Part shown: positions 12,246-23,845 of the stretch, in pieces
Numbering within the stretch: position 1 is the stretch's first letter
Layout of the letters: every line of letters starts with the position of its first letter
Assembly: GCA_030390025.1 (NCBI GenBank)
Contig: CM059432.1
Coordinates: forward strand, 147,624,001 to 147,688,000
Origin: Squalus acanthias
Taxonomy: Eukaryota
Direction of reading: 5' to 3'
Length of the DNA: 64,000 bases
Notes under the pieces: model-generated
Told to the model about the DNA's origin: nothing
Databases searched by the model: none
Seen by the model: only the letters and a program-made list of their open reading frames with translations
Made by a program: the position numbers and the translations under genes

Positions 12246-14351
12246 ATGGAGAGGGTGAGAGAACGCGCTCATCGCTTCACCGAGCGGGCCTTGGATGCTC
12301 TGGTTGACGCAGTGGAGCGCAGACGATGCATGCTGTTCCCAGAGAGTGGCAGGAGGCCTTTGCCACGCGAGTTCAGAAGAGTGTGGAGGGAGGTGGCTCA
12401 GAGCGTCTCCTCCAGGAGCATGGTGCCCAGGACCCATGTCCAGTGCCGCAAAAAGTTCAACGACCTCACTCGGGTCGTCAGGGTGAGTGGCTTTTTCTCA
12501 ATACCTCTCCATCCCTCCATCTCAACCTCACTCTATGGCCAGAGGGTCTTAAAACCCCAATGCACAACACTCATCCAACACCTATGGCCCTTTCATCAAA
12601 CACACACACACATTCCACACTTTGCATACAGTAAGGGCTATTCACCTATGGGAGGCACATCAGGCAAGACCATGGCTGCATACAGTAAGGGCTATTCACC
12701 TATGGGAGGCACATCAGGCAAGACCATGGCTGCATACAGTAAGGGCTATTCACCTATGGGAGGCACATCAGGCAAGACCATGGCTGCATATTGTAAGGGC
12801 TATTCACCTATGGGAGGCACATCAGGCAAGACCATGGCTGTATATTGACTCAGATGCTGTCCTTTTTCTTGCAGGCTAAGCTGGCTCATAATCGGAGACA
12901 GCAGCAACGGACGGGTGGAGGGCGGCTTCAGCTGCAACCCCTCAGCGATCTGGAGGAGCGCGTCCACAGGATTGTGGCAAGCCGGGTGATCGGTCCCGTC
13001 GCCACTGGAGACGCCGACCCCGTTGTGGACAGCAATGGTAAGGTCATCACCTTTTTGTCCTCTGTCCTTCCACTTGTCCCTCACAATACCAGCCTTTGAC
13101 ACTTTCAATCCAACTTGCTAACTCGCTGCACTTATTCCTCCCTTACTGCCACCCTGTCCTCACGCTAAAGCCACTCTTGTACCTCCCTGCTTTCAGATGG
13201 TGATTCACCAGCTGAGGAGATGGTCCCTGAAGCTGCCACTGGGAGTGATGCTGCAGCTGAGGAGGAAGAGGAAGCCGGAGCATCAGTGCCACCCTCTCCC
13301 GAGGAAGCCCATGGCCACACTGGGAACACGCCTTCCCCGGAGGGGAGCAGGGGGGAAGGGGCTGATGATGGTGAAGTTCCAGGACCCAGCGGGCTGCAGC
13401 AACGCCATGGGGGGGGGAGGGAAGAACGGGGGAGCAGGGGGGAAGGGGCTGATGATGGTGAAGTTCCAGGACCCAGCGGGCTGCAGCAACGCCATGGGGG
13501 GGGGAGGGAAGAACGGGGGAGCAGGGGGGAAGGGGCTGATGATGGTGAAGTTCCAGGACCCAGCGGGCTGCAGCAACGCCATGGGGGGGGGGAGGGAAGA
13601 ACGGGAGCCTTCTCCCCAGAGGGAGAGTATGCCAGACACTCCTAATGCAATGGACGCAGAGGAGGAGCGGCTGATTGCAGAAATGAACAGCCAGGCGGTG
13701 GTCATGCACACTGAGCTCATGGGTGCAGTGGGAAGGGTGCCCGAATGCATTGAGGCACTGGCAAGGAGTGTGGAGCACTTCGCTGTAGCACAGGCGGATG
13801 CCACACTAAAGCTTACTGCTGCAATTCAGTCACTGGCTGCCAGGAACCCATCTGAGCCTGCTCTCATGCAGACTCAGATTGAGGCCACGCGAGCACTGAC
13901 TGCTGCCATCCTCGATGGTTCGTGCACATGTCCCCGGGGCTGTCACCGCGCCGCAGCAGGCCAGCAATCTGTTCTCCGGCAAATTGCTCCGGATGCTGAA
14001 GTGCTGCCCCGTGGGAGTGCCAGTGTGTCGGGCGAGCAGGGAGTTGCTGTCCTCTCTCACGATGACAGCATTCCTGCTGCCAACACTGTCACTTCTCCAC
14101 TGCACTTGCCACCGCCTGTAGGACAGACTGCTGCCGCCCATGCAGAGTTGGTGCAGTCTGCAGCCGGGCCCTCCAGGCCCAGAAGTGGTCGAGGCCGTCC
14201 TTCAGGGGCATCTGCAGTGTCAGGGTGTGACAAGCAGCAGCCTTCCACCAGCCTTGCTGCAGCCACTGAGGTCCCATTACGGAGGAGCAGTAGGGTTAGA
14301 AGGGGGGAAGTGCGCAAGGGAAGGAGATCACCCTCGAAGGGCAAAAAGTAG
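12246..14351 (+). CDS. Harbinger Myb/SANT-like DNA-binding protein, exons 12246-12482, 12875-13037, 13197-14351; one +1 frameshift
   Basis: RERAHRFTERALDALV...W...QCRKKFNDL motif; GT-AG introns in phases 0 and 1. A G10 run at 13583-13592 breaks a frame of about 517 aa. Confidence 0.85.
12624..12840 (+). repeat. 54-bp minisatellite, 4 copies, in Myb intron 1
   Basis: Unit gcatacagtaagggctattcacctatgggaggcacatcaggcaagaccatggct. Confidence 0.97.
13342..13604 (+). repeat. 87-bp coding tandem repeat, 3 copies
   Basis: gtgaagttcc recurs at 13371, 13458 and 13545; encodes a 29-aa unit GSRGEGADDGEVPGPSGLQQRHGGGREER. Confidence 0.97.
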
Positions 14352-14645
14352 GAGGTGTGCCAAAATGCTGGTCATTTTTTTATTAAAGGCCGAGGTTCAT
14401 GGCCCAACTTTTGTTTAGTGTTTTGGACATTATCTCCAGGTTGTGAGAACCAGTTATGTTATTGACTGTTTTTTTGTGTTTATTTCTATGAGTTTGTCAT
14501 GAGGAATTGACACACACAGAGTTTGTACAATAAATAAGTTTCTGTATTCAAAATATACATGGCTGGTGGTTGGAATTATTGGTGCCTTGGCCGGCTTAGG
14601 GGTTGCGTGCTGGGTTGATTCGTGTTTGCAGCACTGGCAGGGGCC

Positions 14646-15806
14646 CTAGAAGTGGCTTGCTATTAGTCGTTGACGGACGGCCCTTGCAGTTTGACCATTG
14701 TGGGCCGCCCTCCTGCCTTGGTGCTGCTGCTGATCATCGTCCTCGGCCTGTTCCTCCTCTTCCTCCTCCTCCTCTTGTGGTGCTGCAAGGCCTGGTGGCA
14801 TTGGCTGCGTCCTGAGGATTGCCATGTTGTGCAACATGCAGCACACCACTACGAATTTGGAAACTTGCTCAGGCGAGTACTGCAGGGCTCCTCCGGAATG
14901 GTCCAGACAGCGGAATCGTTGTTTGAGCACGCCGATTGTGCGCTCAATAATGTTCCTCGTTGCTTGTTGGCTTTCCTGGTACCGCAGCTCAGCAGGGGTG
15001 TTTGGCGCACGGAGCGGTGTCATCAGCCAGGTGCTCAATGCGTACCCCTTGTCCCCCAGAAGCCAACCAACTGGCTGATGCGGTGCCTCGAAAATTTCTG
15101 CCACAGTACTCTGGCGCAGGATGAAAGCATCGTGGCAGCTGCCCGGATAGTGGGCATTGACAGCGAGAATCACCTGTCTGTGGTCACAGACCAACTGCAC
15201 ATTCAAGGAATGGAACCCCTTTCTGTTCCAGAACTCCTCTGCATTCTCTCGCGGAGCACGCAAAGCCACATGCGTGCAGTCAATGGCGCCCTGCACCATG
15301 GGGAAGCCCGCTACCCTCGCAAAGCCCATAGCACGGTCATGCTGCTTGTCTGGGGTCATAGGGAAGGAGATGAAGTCTCGTCTCCTTGTGAAGAGGGCAT
15401 TGGTGACCTGCCGGATGCAGCGATGCACCGCAAACTGGGAGATATTGGCGAGGTCCCCAACAGCAGCTTGGAATGAGCCAGTGGCGTAGAAGTTCAAGGC
15501 CACTGTGACCTTCACTGCCACCGACAGAGACGTCCTGGACCTCAGCTGAGGCTGCAGATCTGGCTGCAGCAGGTGGCAGAGCTCAGTGACCACCTCCTTG
15601 CTGAATCGCAGCCTTCGCAAACACAGCTCCTCGGACATGTGGATGTAGGAGAGCTGTTCACGATATACCCTGGGAGGGTAAGCTCTCCTGTACATGCGCC
15701 TGATGGGCCTCCTCCGTCTGGCCATCATTGCCACTCTCTGTCTGCGTCTCACTCTGCTCCGATTGAGCTGGAGCAGGACGACGCCCCCAATCATTGCAGC
15801 CCCCAT
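14646..15806 (-). CDS. Harbinger DDE transposase (HARBI1-like), 386 aa, uninterrupted
   Basis: GAIDCTHV, NRKGFHSLNVQLVCD, PGSCHDAFI, LLGDKGY, RNIIERTIGVLKQRFRCL and CCMLHN motifs are all present. Confidence 0.96.
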   Translation of the reverse strand: MGAAMIGGVVLLQLNRSRVRRRQRVAMMARRRRPIRRMYRRAYPPRVYREQLSYIHMSEELCLRRLRFSKEVVTELCHLLQPDLQPQLRSRTSLSVAVKVTVALNFYATGSFQAAVGDLANISQFAVHRCIRQVTNALFTRRRDFISFPMTPDKQHDRAMGFARVAGFPMVQGAIDCTHVALRAPRENAEEFWNRKGFHSLNVQLVCDHRQVILAVNAHYPGSCHDAFILRQSTVAEIFEAPHQPVGWLLGDKGYALSTWLMTPLRAPNTPAELRYQESQQATRNIIERTIGVLKQRFRCLDHSGGALQYSPEQVSKFVVVCCMLHNMAILRTQPMPPGLAAPQEEEEEEEEQAEDDDQQQHQGRRAAHNGQTARAVRQRLIASHF

Positions 15807-16939
15807 CTTCTCTTTGCCAGAAAAGTAATGAGGTACAGCAACGAAAGTAGCAGCAAAGTTAGGATGAACTAGGCAAAACTACCTCACAAAGCGTTGAGTC
15901 AATGTAGAAGTCTCTCTCTCTCTCTCTCCGAATCTCTCTCTCTCTCTCTCAGAACGAGTGGTGCATAAATGTCGACCACAGAAAAAGACAGGAAGAGGCC
16001 CCCTTTAAATAGCGCCCCCCCCAGCCCCAGACCGATTGATAACGTTCCAGTCTTCCGGTCGTTGGAAGCGCCAGGCGGTAAGGCAGGGGGCGCCACTCAA
16101 TTTCCGCTCCGGGGCGCCCCAAGGGCGTTGCACCACGGACTGACGTCACAATCTGCGCGCGCAGGTGGTCGCAGCGGTAAGTTTTAGCGCCGCCGCACAA
16201 TCTCAAGTTAAGTTCTCGAGCGGCGCAAACAGCGCTGCGCCCGGGCGTTAGCGCCTTAACGCCCCATTAGCGCCCATTTAAGGCGCTAATGGGAGGCGCA
16301 ACCAACTGAATTTTTACCCCTATGTCTTTTACTCATTTCATAGATTTGCTGACATATTTCTTCCTTCATTTCCCTTCCACTATCTAATCCGTATGGATTC
16401 TGTTTCTATCTTAATGTTGATTTTGTCCCTTTCTTCTACTGCCGTTGTTACCTCTAATTAATACAGCTATCCCGCCTCCCCTTGTCTTACTTTCCTGTCC
16501 TTTCTAAATACATTATACGCTGCAATATTTAATTGCCGGTCCTGTTCTTAATGCAGTCATGCTTTTGGGCTTGAAATTGTCGCCACGCATGCAGCAAGCG
16601 CTCTCACCGGGAGACCCGAGGTCCGATTTTGGGATTCACGGTTATTTGGCAAGCTGTCGTATCTCTACAGCCAGCTCGCCCGTTTAACCATGAATTTCAG
16701 GCTACTCAAATAAATAGGGATCACCAGATTGGAGGGACTTTCAGGTGGGATAGTGAAGGTAGAAAGCCCAGAATTGTTTCAGAAAGTGGAGCACTATGGG
16801 GACTTTCTAAGCTGAGATGAACTAAATGGTTTCCTCTAATACAAAAGCAAAATACTGCGGATGCTGGAAATCTGAAATAAAAACAGGAAATGCTGGAAAT
16901 ACTCAGCAGTTCAGACAGCATCTGTGGAGAGAGAAACAG

Positions 16940-16976
16940 AGTTAACGTTTCAGGTCGATGACCCTTCGTCAGAACT
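16940..16976 (-). ncRNA. Putative minimal hammerhead ribozyme
   Basis: Same core as 6970-7006. Confidence 0.65.
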
Positions 16977-17221
16977 GGAAAAAGTTGGAGATGGGACAGG
17001 TTTTTAAGCAAGTGCTGGGGCAGGGAGAGGGGGGAGGAGCTCTGTGGAACCCCACTGGAAACATTTGATTTCTAATTCAAAGCTACTATGGCCCACATTA
17101 TTTTTTAATATACTTTTGTTGAAAGGCGGTTCACAGACCTTCCCTTTTGTTCTTTCCTCCCCTCCCCCCTTTCCCTGCCCCTACATTTGCTTAAAAGTCT
17201 GTTCCATCTCCAACTTTTTCC

Positions 17222-17258
17222 AGTTCTGACGAAGGGTCATCGACCTGAAACGTTAACT
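17222..17258 (+). ncRNA. Putative minimal hammerhead ribozyme
   Basis: AGTT CTGACGA A GGGTCatcGACCT GAAAC GTT AACT. Confidence 0.65.
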
Positions 17259-17847
17259 CTGTTTCTCTCTCTCCACAGATGCTGCCTGGCCTGCTGAGCA
17301 TATCCAGCATTTTCTGTTTTTATTTTAAATGGTTTCCTCATTTGGTGCTACCTTTTATACTAATTACTTGGATGACGGGCGTCATCACCAATTGAAAGGT
17401 AGCAAATACCCCCCCCTTCTTAAAGGACCACAATCAATCAACTGTAACTTAAACTAAAAGTTTTAATGAAACTTAATAAATGAATTTAAAATTCTGTTCC
17501 GGGGTGGGGGTGATGAAGCACTCCAGTCCCTCCAGTGCCCACTGGTCGTGGAAGGCCTCCAGCGTGCTCCATCTCCAGTGACACCCGGGCGTGACCATAA
17601 CTGTGGAAGAGAGGCTGGCAGTCAGGCCGAACGATCCCCTCCGACCGCCCCGCATTTGTTTCTATGGCTGAAGAAAATATTGAACATTTCATTCTCCTGG
17701 AGAAGGAAGCCAGCATTTCTTCAAGTAGTGTTATCCACGCACAACATCGGGCCCCCTGCTGATGCATGCAGCCAACGAACCGCGCGGGTAGCACTGGCGG
17801 CACACAGCAATCATATAAAGCTGCAGGCAGCACAAATTTACTGTGCT

Positions 17848-20588
17848 GGGGGTTAAATTGGCGAAGCCCCCCGAGAATGGGTGTGGGGACCGTGGTGCCC
17901 GATTAACCCGCACCCGTTCAGGGCGTTGCAGGCAGCGCAGTAACTTGGTGCTGTCTGCTGCTTCTGATGATTGCTGCGTGCAGCCAGCGCTACCCGCGCG
18001 GTTCACTGGCTGCACGCTTCAGCAGGGGGCCCGATAATGCGCGTGGATCGTGCTACTTAAAGGCAGCCTGCATCTTTTAAAGGGGAGGTGCGGGCCGCTG
18101 GGTGAAATGGTCAGAAGCCATTTGAAATGTGAATCTGCGCTGTGAAGCTTTGAGCAATGGCTGAACAAGCGAGAGAGCGAGCACCAAGATTTTCAGACAA
18201 TACACTGGAGGTCTTGGTGCAAGACGTGGAGAGAAGGAGAGGCATCCTGTATCCACAGGGGGGCAGGAGGCCCTCCGAACATATGCTCAGGAGGCAGTGG
18301 GAAGAAGTAGTGACGGAGGTCAATGCCAGGAGTGTTGCTCCAAGATCATGGATGCGGTGCAGGAAGAAGTTTAACGATCTGACACGAGTTGTGAAGGTGA
18401 GTGACTTCATCTTCAAATAGCATATTCTACCAACTGCAACAATAGCCTCGTCCACTGCTCAATTCACCGCACCCGCATCACCCACCTACCAACAATCTCC
18501 TTCAATCAGTACTCAACCCTACAATTCATAGGCTTTACCTCACCCTCACACACTTAGCACTGTTGCAAGCCTCGCACCCACAACTCACAGCTCACACACA
18601 CTAACCGCTATTCAACCGTGACAACCACATCACCCAAACATATTGCAGGACGCTCACTGACACAATTCCTCCTTCTTACAGGAGAAGGATGCGCATAACA
18701 GGAGGCAGCAGGAAAGAACAGGAGGCGGACAAGCGCACATGCATGTTTTAACCCCAATATTGAAGGACAGTGTTGACCATTATGGGAAGGGGCATCACTG
18801 AGGCTGTGGCCAGTGGCAGGGCTAAAGTGATCTATGATGAGGGTATCTGCACACCTAATCCTCTTTCTCTCATCCCACTTTTCCCTCATCCCACAATCTA
18901 TTTTGACTCACAAGTGTCAGATGGTATAAGCACACACTTCTTACTTTCTCCTTTCCCCTCACTACAACCCAACCCTTGTCCCATTTCCATTTCAGATACC
19001 CAAGAACTGGAACCTTCCCAGTCAGATGATTAAGAGGAAGAAGACAGTGAACAAGAAGAGACACCGTCACTCGATCTTACACTTGCAGCCACCAGCTCAC
19101 AGACTGACACTGCGTGTATTTTAGAGGCAAGGATAGAGAGGGATCTGCATGTGGTGAGACAGCGGGCACAAGTGCGCAGGTGCCAGCTCGCTGGAGGGCG
19201 AGGTTGCACATTAGTTCTGCTGCAGAGGAGTCAGATGAGGACTTTGATGGGCCAGGCTACAGAGGAAGGCTGATGGGTGGACATACCCAAATGCTTGGTG
19301 CACTGGAAAGCCTGCCAGAAAACGTGAGCACCATGTCCAGCATCAACTTGGCACAGGCCATGGAGCCCATCCTTTCCAACATGCAATGGCATCAGCACAC
19401 CTGTGGAACCCACCAGGATGCAGCGTCTGTTCTCCAATATCAGAGCTTGCACTGCAGCACAATGAGCTTCCGTTAAAGGTCTGAGTGCTGCAGGAGAAGC
19501 TCAGACTGCTGCCATCATCTGCTCTGGATACCACGGTTCAAAGGGGCTTCCAGGGCGTCACAGCAGTCCATCAATCTGTTCTCCAACAGATCAGTAGATT
19601 TGCTGAGGCGCCGCCCCAGGACAGTGGCAGTGGCTCCATGGAACATGAACCTGCTGTCCCCTCTCAGGATGAGAGCATTCCTGCTCCCACCACAGCCACT
19701 CCGCCAGTGCCCTTGCTGTTGCCTGTCAGCCAGCCAGCCTAGGCTACTGCAGCTCAGGCCAAGATGGTGCAGTCTGAAGCCGGGCTCTCTAGGCCCAGAG
19801 CTGCTCAAGGTCGCCTTCCAAGGCCATCTGCAGTCTCCTCAATTGAAGGTCAGCAGCCTAACACCACCAATGCTGCAGCCACTGGGGAAGCACCTCGTAG
19901 GAGCACTAGGAGAGGCAAAGGCACACAGAAGACAGGCACTAAGGGAATGCACAAGGGTGATTAGTTTATTTTTGTATGCATTATGTAATGATTAAATTTA
20001 TAAAATTGGATTAGAATGTGCATTTTCTGGTGGTATTCATTTTTCTGTTGTCGGAAAGAGGACGATGTGATGGTCAGTGATAGAGGAAAGGTAATGAGTG
20101 TGGTGAATGGGGAGGCGTTGTGAGTTTACTTGTATCGCTCATGAATTATTTGATCACGTGGAGCCCGGGCAGAAAGGGGCTGTCTACATTATAGTCTCCC
20201 TTCATCTTCCTGTTCCTCCACTTCCTTTTACCCTTCCTCCTCCTCCACTTCCTCCTCCTCCTCTTCCTCGTGCTCCTGCTCCTCAGCTTCTCATCTGATA
20301 GGTGGTGGCAAGGGCTGTTCCCTCCTAATGGTCAGGTTGTGCAGCATGCAGCTTACTACCACAAATCTTGATTACTAGCTCAGCTAAGTACTGCGGGGCT
20401 ACTCCAGGCAGCGGAAGCATTGCTTGAGGATGCTGGTGGTGTGCTCTATAAATTCCTTGTTGAAGCATGGCTGTTATTATAGGCCTATTGTTGGAAGTGT
20501 CTGCGCGCATCTCAGATCCCATTTTCGATGGTGTTAGGTGGCTGTGCTGTGCCTAAAATTCTGATGCTACAGAGCCCAATTTCTCCCC
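17848..20588 (+). mobile_element. Decayed Harbinger with Myb pseudogene and mostly deleted transposase
   Basis: Ends GGGGGTTAAATTGG / CCAATTTCTCCCC. Myb exon 1 at 18157-18397 (RERAPRFSDNTLEVL...RCRKKFNDL). Transposase 3' remnant on - at ~20130-20460. Confidence 0.85.
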
Positions 20589-20618
20589 AACTTTCTTTTA
20601 AATGGACTAAAAGAAATA

Positions 20619-21355
20619 GGGGGAAAAATTCGGTTGCTTTGCGCCTCCCGTTAGCGCCCTAAGAGGCTGCTAACGGGGCGCAAAGCAACTAGCGCCCGGG
20701 CGCGGTGCCGCCAATGCCTCCCACGAAATTCAGCAGGAGGTTAGTGGCGGCGGTAACCGTTAGCGCCCCGCAGTGCTGCGCTGCCAGCGATGACGTCATC
20801 TCCGTGCGCAGCGCCCCGCTCGCGCCCCGGCCGCGATCTTCGGTAGCGCCCCCTGACTTACCGCCGGACGCTATGTCCGACAGGGTCAGGTGGGGCCTAC
20901 CTGCGGCCGGGGCGGCGCTAATTAAAGGTGAGGTGCTGGGCGGCCATTCTTGTTGCTGGCCGCCTGCCAGCACCGGCCCCCGTTGCGGTCCCCGGAATCC
21001 TCTTCAGCCCCCTCCCCCCCCCCCCCGCGGAGTGCCGGCTGCGCTCCGTGAGCCCGGCACTTCTCTTGAGTGCCGGGCTCTTTTGCTGGCACTCCCAATC
21101 CCTGGTGGTCCAGCTGGGCCCCGGGTCGCGCTACGCAAGACCCCTCCCCTTTAAGAAGGGGAGGAAGGCCTGCAGTACTGCGGCACATAGCGCCACGATA
21201 TTCCCTCGCAGCGCCCCAAGAGTGAGGCGGGGTGCCTCCAGTAGCAACCCCCCTTCCCTCTTGGGGCGCTACCGATGAATTTCCGCCGCGGGGCGCTAAT
21301 TTTTTCCCCCGGCGAAGTTAGTGCCCCAAAGGGGGCGCAATCCAATTTTTACCCC
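20619..21355 (-). mobile_element. GC-rich Harbinger MITE
   Basis: TIRs GGGGGAAAAATT / AATTTTTACCCC; TSD ATA (20616-20618, 21356-21358). One end is homologous to the right end of 11889-16320. Confidence 0.9.
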
Positions 21356-21381
21356 ATAATGTCATGGAAGTTGTTTCTAAA

Positions 21382-21698
21382 GGGCAACACGGTGGCATAG
21401 TGGTTAGCACTGTTGCCTCACAGCGCCAGGGACCTGGGTTCGAATCCGGCCTCGGGTGACTGTCTGTGTGGAGTTTGCACATTCTCCCCGTGTCTGCGTG
21501 GGTTTCCTCCGGGTGCTCCGGTTTCCTCCCACAGTCCAAAGATTAGATTAGTGCAGGTTAGGTTGATTTGGCTATGATAAATTGACCCTTAGTGTTAGGG
21601 GGGATTAAATACGTGGGGTTACAGGGATAGGGTGGGATATGTGTCAGTGCAGGCTCAATGGGCCGAAATGGCCTCTATCTGCACTGTGGGGATTCTGA
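21382..21698 (+). mobile_element. V-SINE (HE1-like)
   Basis: tRNA head GGTGGCATAGTGG...GGTTCGAATCC, V domain ctgtgtggagtttgcacattctcccc...ccggtttcctccca, CR1-type tail. Confidence 0.88.
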
Positions 21699-21894
21699 TA
21701 TCTGTGAAAATGAGCTTGCCGATAATATATAGTAAAGCGCATTAAATCACAGGCAAGATTATCCCTTGCCGGGTTTGTTTCCTGCACTTGAACCATTTTT
21801 GTGTGTGTCTGTCTCTCAGTCTGCAGTTCATGAATAGCCCAGTTAACTCATGAAAGAATTCCCATTACAGAGCAAAGTGTTCAAATCCCTGCAC

Positions 21895-22372
21895 AGAGAA
21901 GCACAGGATTTTACAGCATTGCAGGAGGCCATTCAGCCCATCACGGCTCACTGGAAAAACCTATCCAAATTGTCCCATTCCCCTACACTTTCCCCATAGC
22001 CTGTTAATTTTTTTCAGATATTTATCCACTTCCTTTAAAAATCTATTACGGACTCTGCTTCAACCATTGTTTCTGGTCAGCATTCCGTGTCCTATCAACG
22101 CTCTTTAAAAAATTCTCCCTTTGTTCTTTTGGTACTAATTTTACATTTATGCCATCAAAGTATCGACTCACCAGCCAGTGGAAAGTTTCCATGATTTACC
22201 TCATCAAAACCCCGCTTAATTTTGAAGACCTCTATCAGATCCCCTCCTAAACATCTTTATTCTAATGAGAAGAGTCTTTACTCTTTACTCATAACTAAGC
22301 CTCTCATCCCTGGGGTCATCTCAGTGAATCTCTTCTGTACTCTCTCCATGGCCTTTACATCCTTCCTATAGT
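21895..22372 (-). mobile_element. Old CR1 3' fragment
   Basis: Similar to 3222-3730 but more diverged. Confidence 0.7.
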
Positions 22373-23845
22373 AGTGCAAAAGACAAGGCTAAAAGTGTTC
22401 ACAACCATCTTCAGCCAGAAGTGCCGAGGGGATGATCCATTTCGGCCTCCTCCTGAGGTCCCTACAGAAGCCAGCCTTCAGCCAATTCCATTCACTCCAT
22501 GTGATATCAAGAAATGGCTGAACACACTGGATACAGCAAGGGCTATGGGCCCCAACAAAGTCGCGGCTGTAGTGCTAAAGACTTGTGCTCCAGAACTAGC
22601 CGTGCCTCTAGCCAAGCTGTTACACTGACATCTACCCGACAATGTGACACATTACCCAGGTATGTCCTGACAAATCCAATCCGGCCAATTACTGCCCCAT
22701 CAGCCTACTCATCAGCCTACTCTCAATCATCAGCAAAGTGATGGAAGGTGTCATCGACAGTGCTATCAAGCCGCACTTACTCACCAATAACCTGCTCATC
22801 GATGCTCAGTTTGGGTTCTGCTAGGACCACTTGGCTCCAGACCTTATTACAGCCTTGGTTCAAACATGGACAAAAGAGCTGAATTCTAGAGGCGAGGAGA
22901 GAGTGACTGCCCTTGACATCAAGGCAGCATTTGACCAAGTGTGGCATCAAGGAGCCCTAGTAAAATTGAAGTCAATGGGAATCGGGGGAAAATTCTCCAC
23001 TGACCTCAGATAATGAAGCAGTCCGTGCCCGCATGCAGCAAGACCTGGATGACATTCAGACTTGGGCTGATAAGTGGCAGTAACATTTGCGCCATACAAG
23101 TGCCAGGCAATGACCATCTCCAACAAGAGAGAGTCTAACCACCGCCCCTTGACATTCAACAGCATTACCAGCGCTGAATCCCCCACTATCAACATCCTGG
23201 GGTCACCATTGATCAGAAACTTAACTGGACCAGCCACATAAATACTGTGGCAACAAGAGCGGGTCACAGGCTGGGTATTCTGTGGCGAGTGTCTCACCTC
23301 CTGACTCCCCAAAGCCTTTCCACCATCTACAAGGCACAAGTCAGGAGTGTGATGGAATACTCTCCACTTGCCTGGATGAGTGCAGCTCCAACAACACCCA
23401 AGAAGCTCGACACCATCCAGGACAAAGCACTCCATTTGATTGGCACCCCATCCACCACCTTAAAGATTCACTCCCTCCACCACCGGCGCACCGTGGCTGC
23501 AGTGTGTACCATCTACAAGATACACTGCAGCAACTCTCCAAGGCTTTTTCGACAGCACCTCCCAAACCTGCGACCTCTTCCACCTAGAAGGACAAGGGCA
23601 GCAGGCGCATGGGAACACCACCACCTGCAATCTCCCCTCCAAGTCACACATCATCCTGACTTGGAAGTATATCACCGTTCCTTCATCGTCGCTGGGTCAA
23701 AATCCTGGAACTCCCTCTGAACAGCACAGTGGGAGCACCTTCACCACACGGACTGCAGCGGTTCAAGAAGGCGGCTCACCAGCACCTTCTCAAGGGCAAT
23801 TAGGGATGGGCAATAAATGCTGGCCTTGTCAGCGACGCCCACATC
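22373..23845 (+). mobile_element. CR1/L2-group LINE (second family), 5'-truncated and internally deleted
   Basis: CAPELAVPLAKL, ALDIKAAFDQVWH, YKAQVRSVMEY; 3' end ggcaataaatgctggcc...cccacatccc. Confidence 0.85.

Larger units (their letters stand above)
11889..16320 (+). mobile_element. Full-length PIF/Harbinger DNA transposon (4432 bp)
   Basis: TIRs GGGGTAGAAATT / AATTTTTACCCC; TSD TAT at 11886-11888 and 16321-16323; convergent Myb/SANT and DDE transposase genes. Confidence 0.95.
16837..17325. mobile_element. Penelope-like inverted terminal-repeat pair
   Basis: Arms ~16870-17038 and ~17160-17325 are reverse complements. 14-bp direct repeat TAAATGGTTTCCTC at 16823-16836 and 17326-17339. Confidence 0.8.

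Noticed and set aside
13197..14351. The 384-aa ORF as a standalone gene
   Set aside because: Its ATG directly follows a splice acceptor. The N-terminal part is the off-frame reading of Myb exon 3; only the part after the G10 run is in the likely true frame.
14646..15806. Domesticated host gene HARBI1
   Set aside because: It lies within TIRs and a TSD, is paired with a Myb gene and has several decayed paralogues nearby, so it is a transposon copy.
20689..21345. Overlapping ORFs in the GC-rich MITEs (also 48883-49444) and a possible CpG-island promoter
   Set aside because: High GC suppresses stop codons, no domain is recognisable, and the CpG richness is confined to the elements.
21382..21455. 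tRNA genes here and at 11317, 28762 and 57469
   Set aside because: The A/B boxes run straight into SINE bodies and LINE-derived tails.
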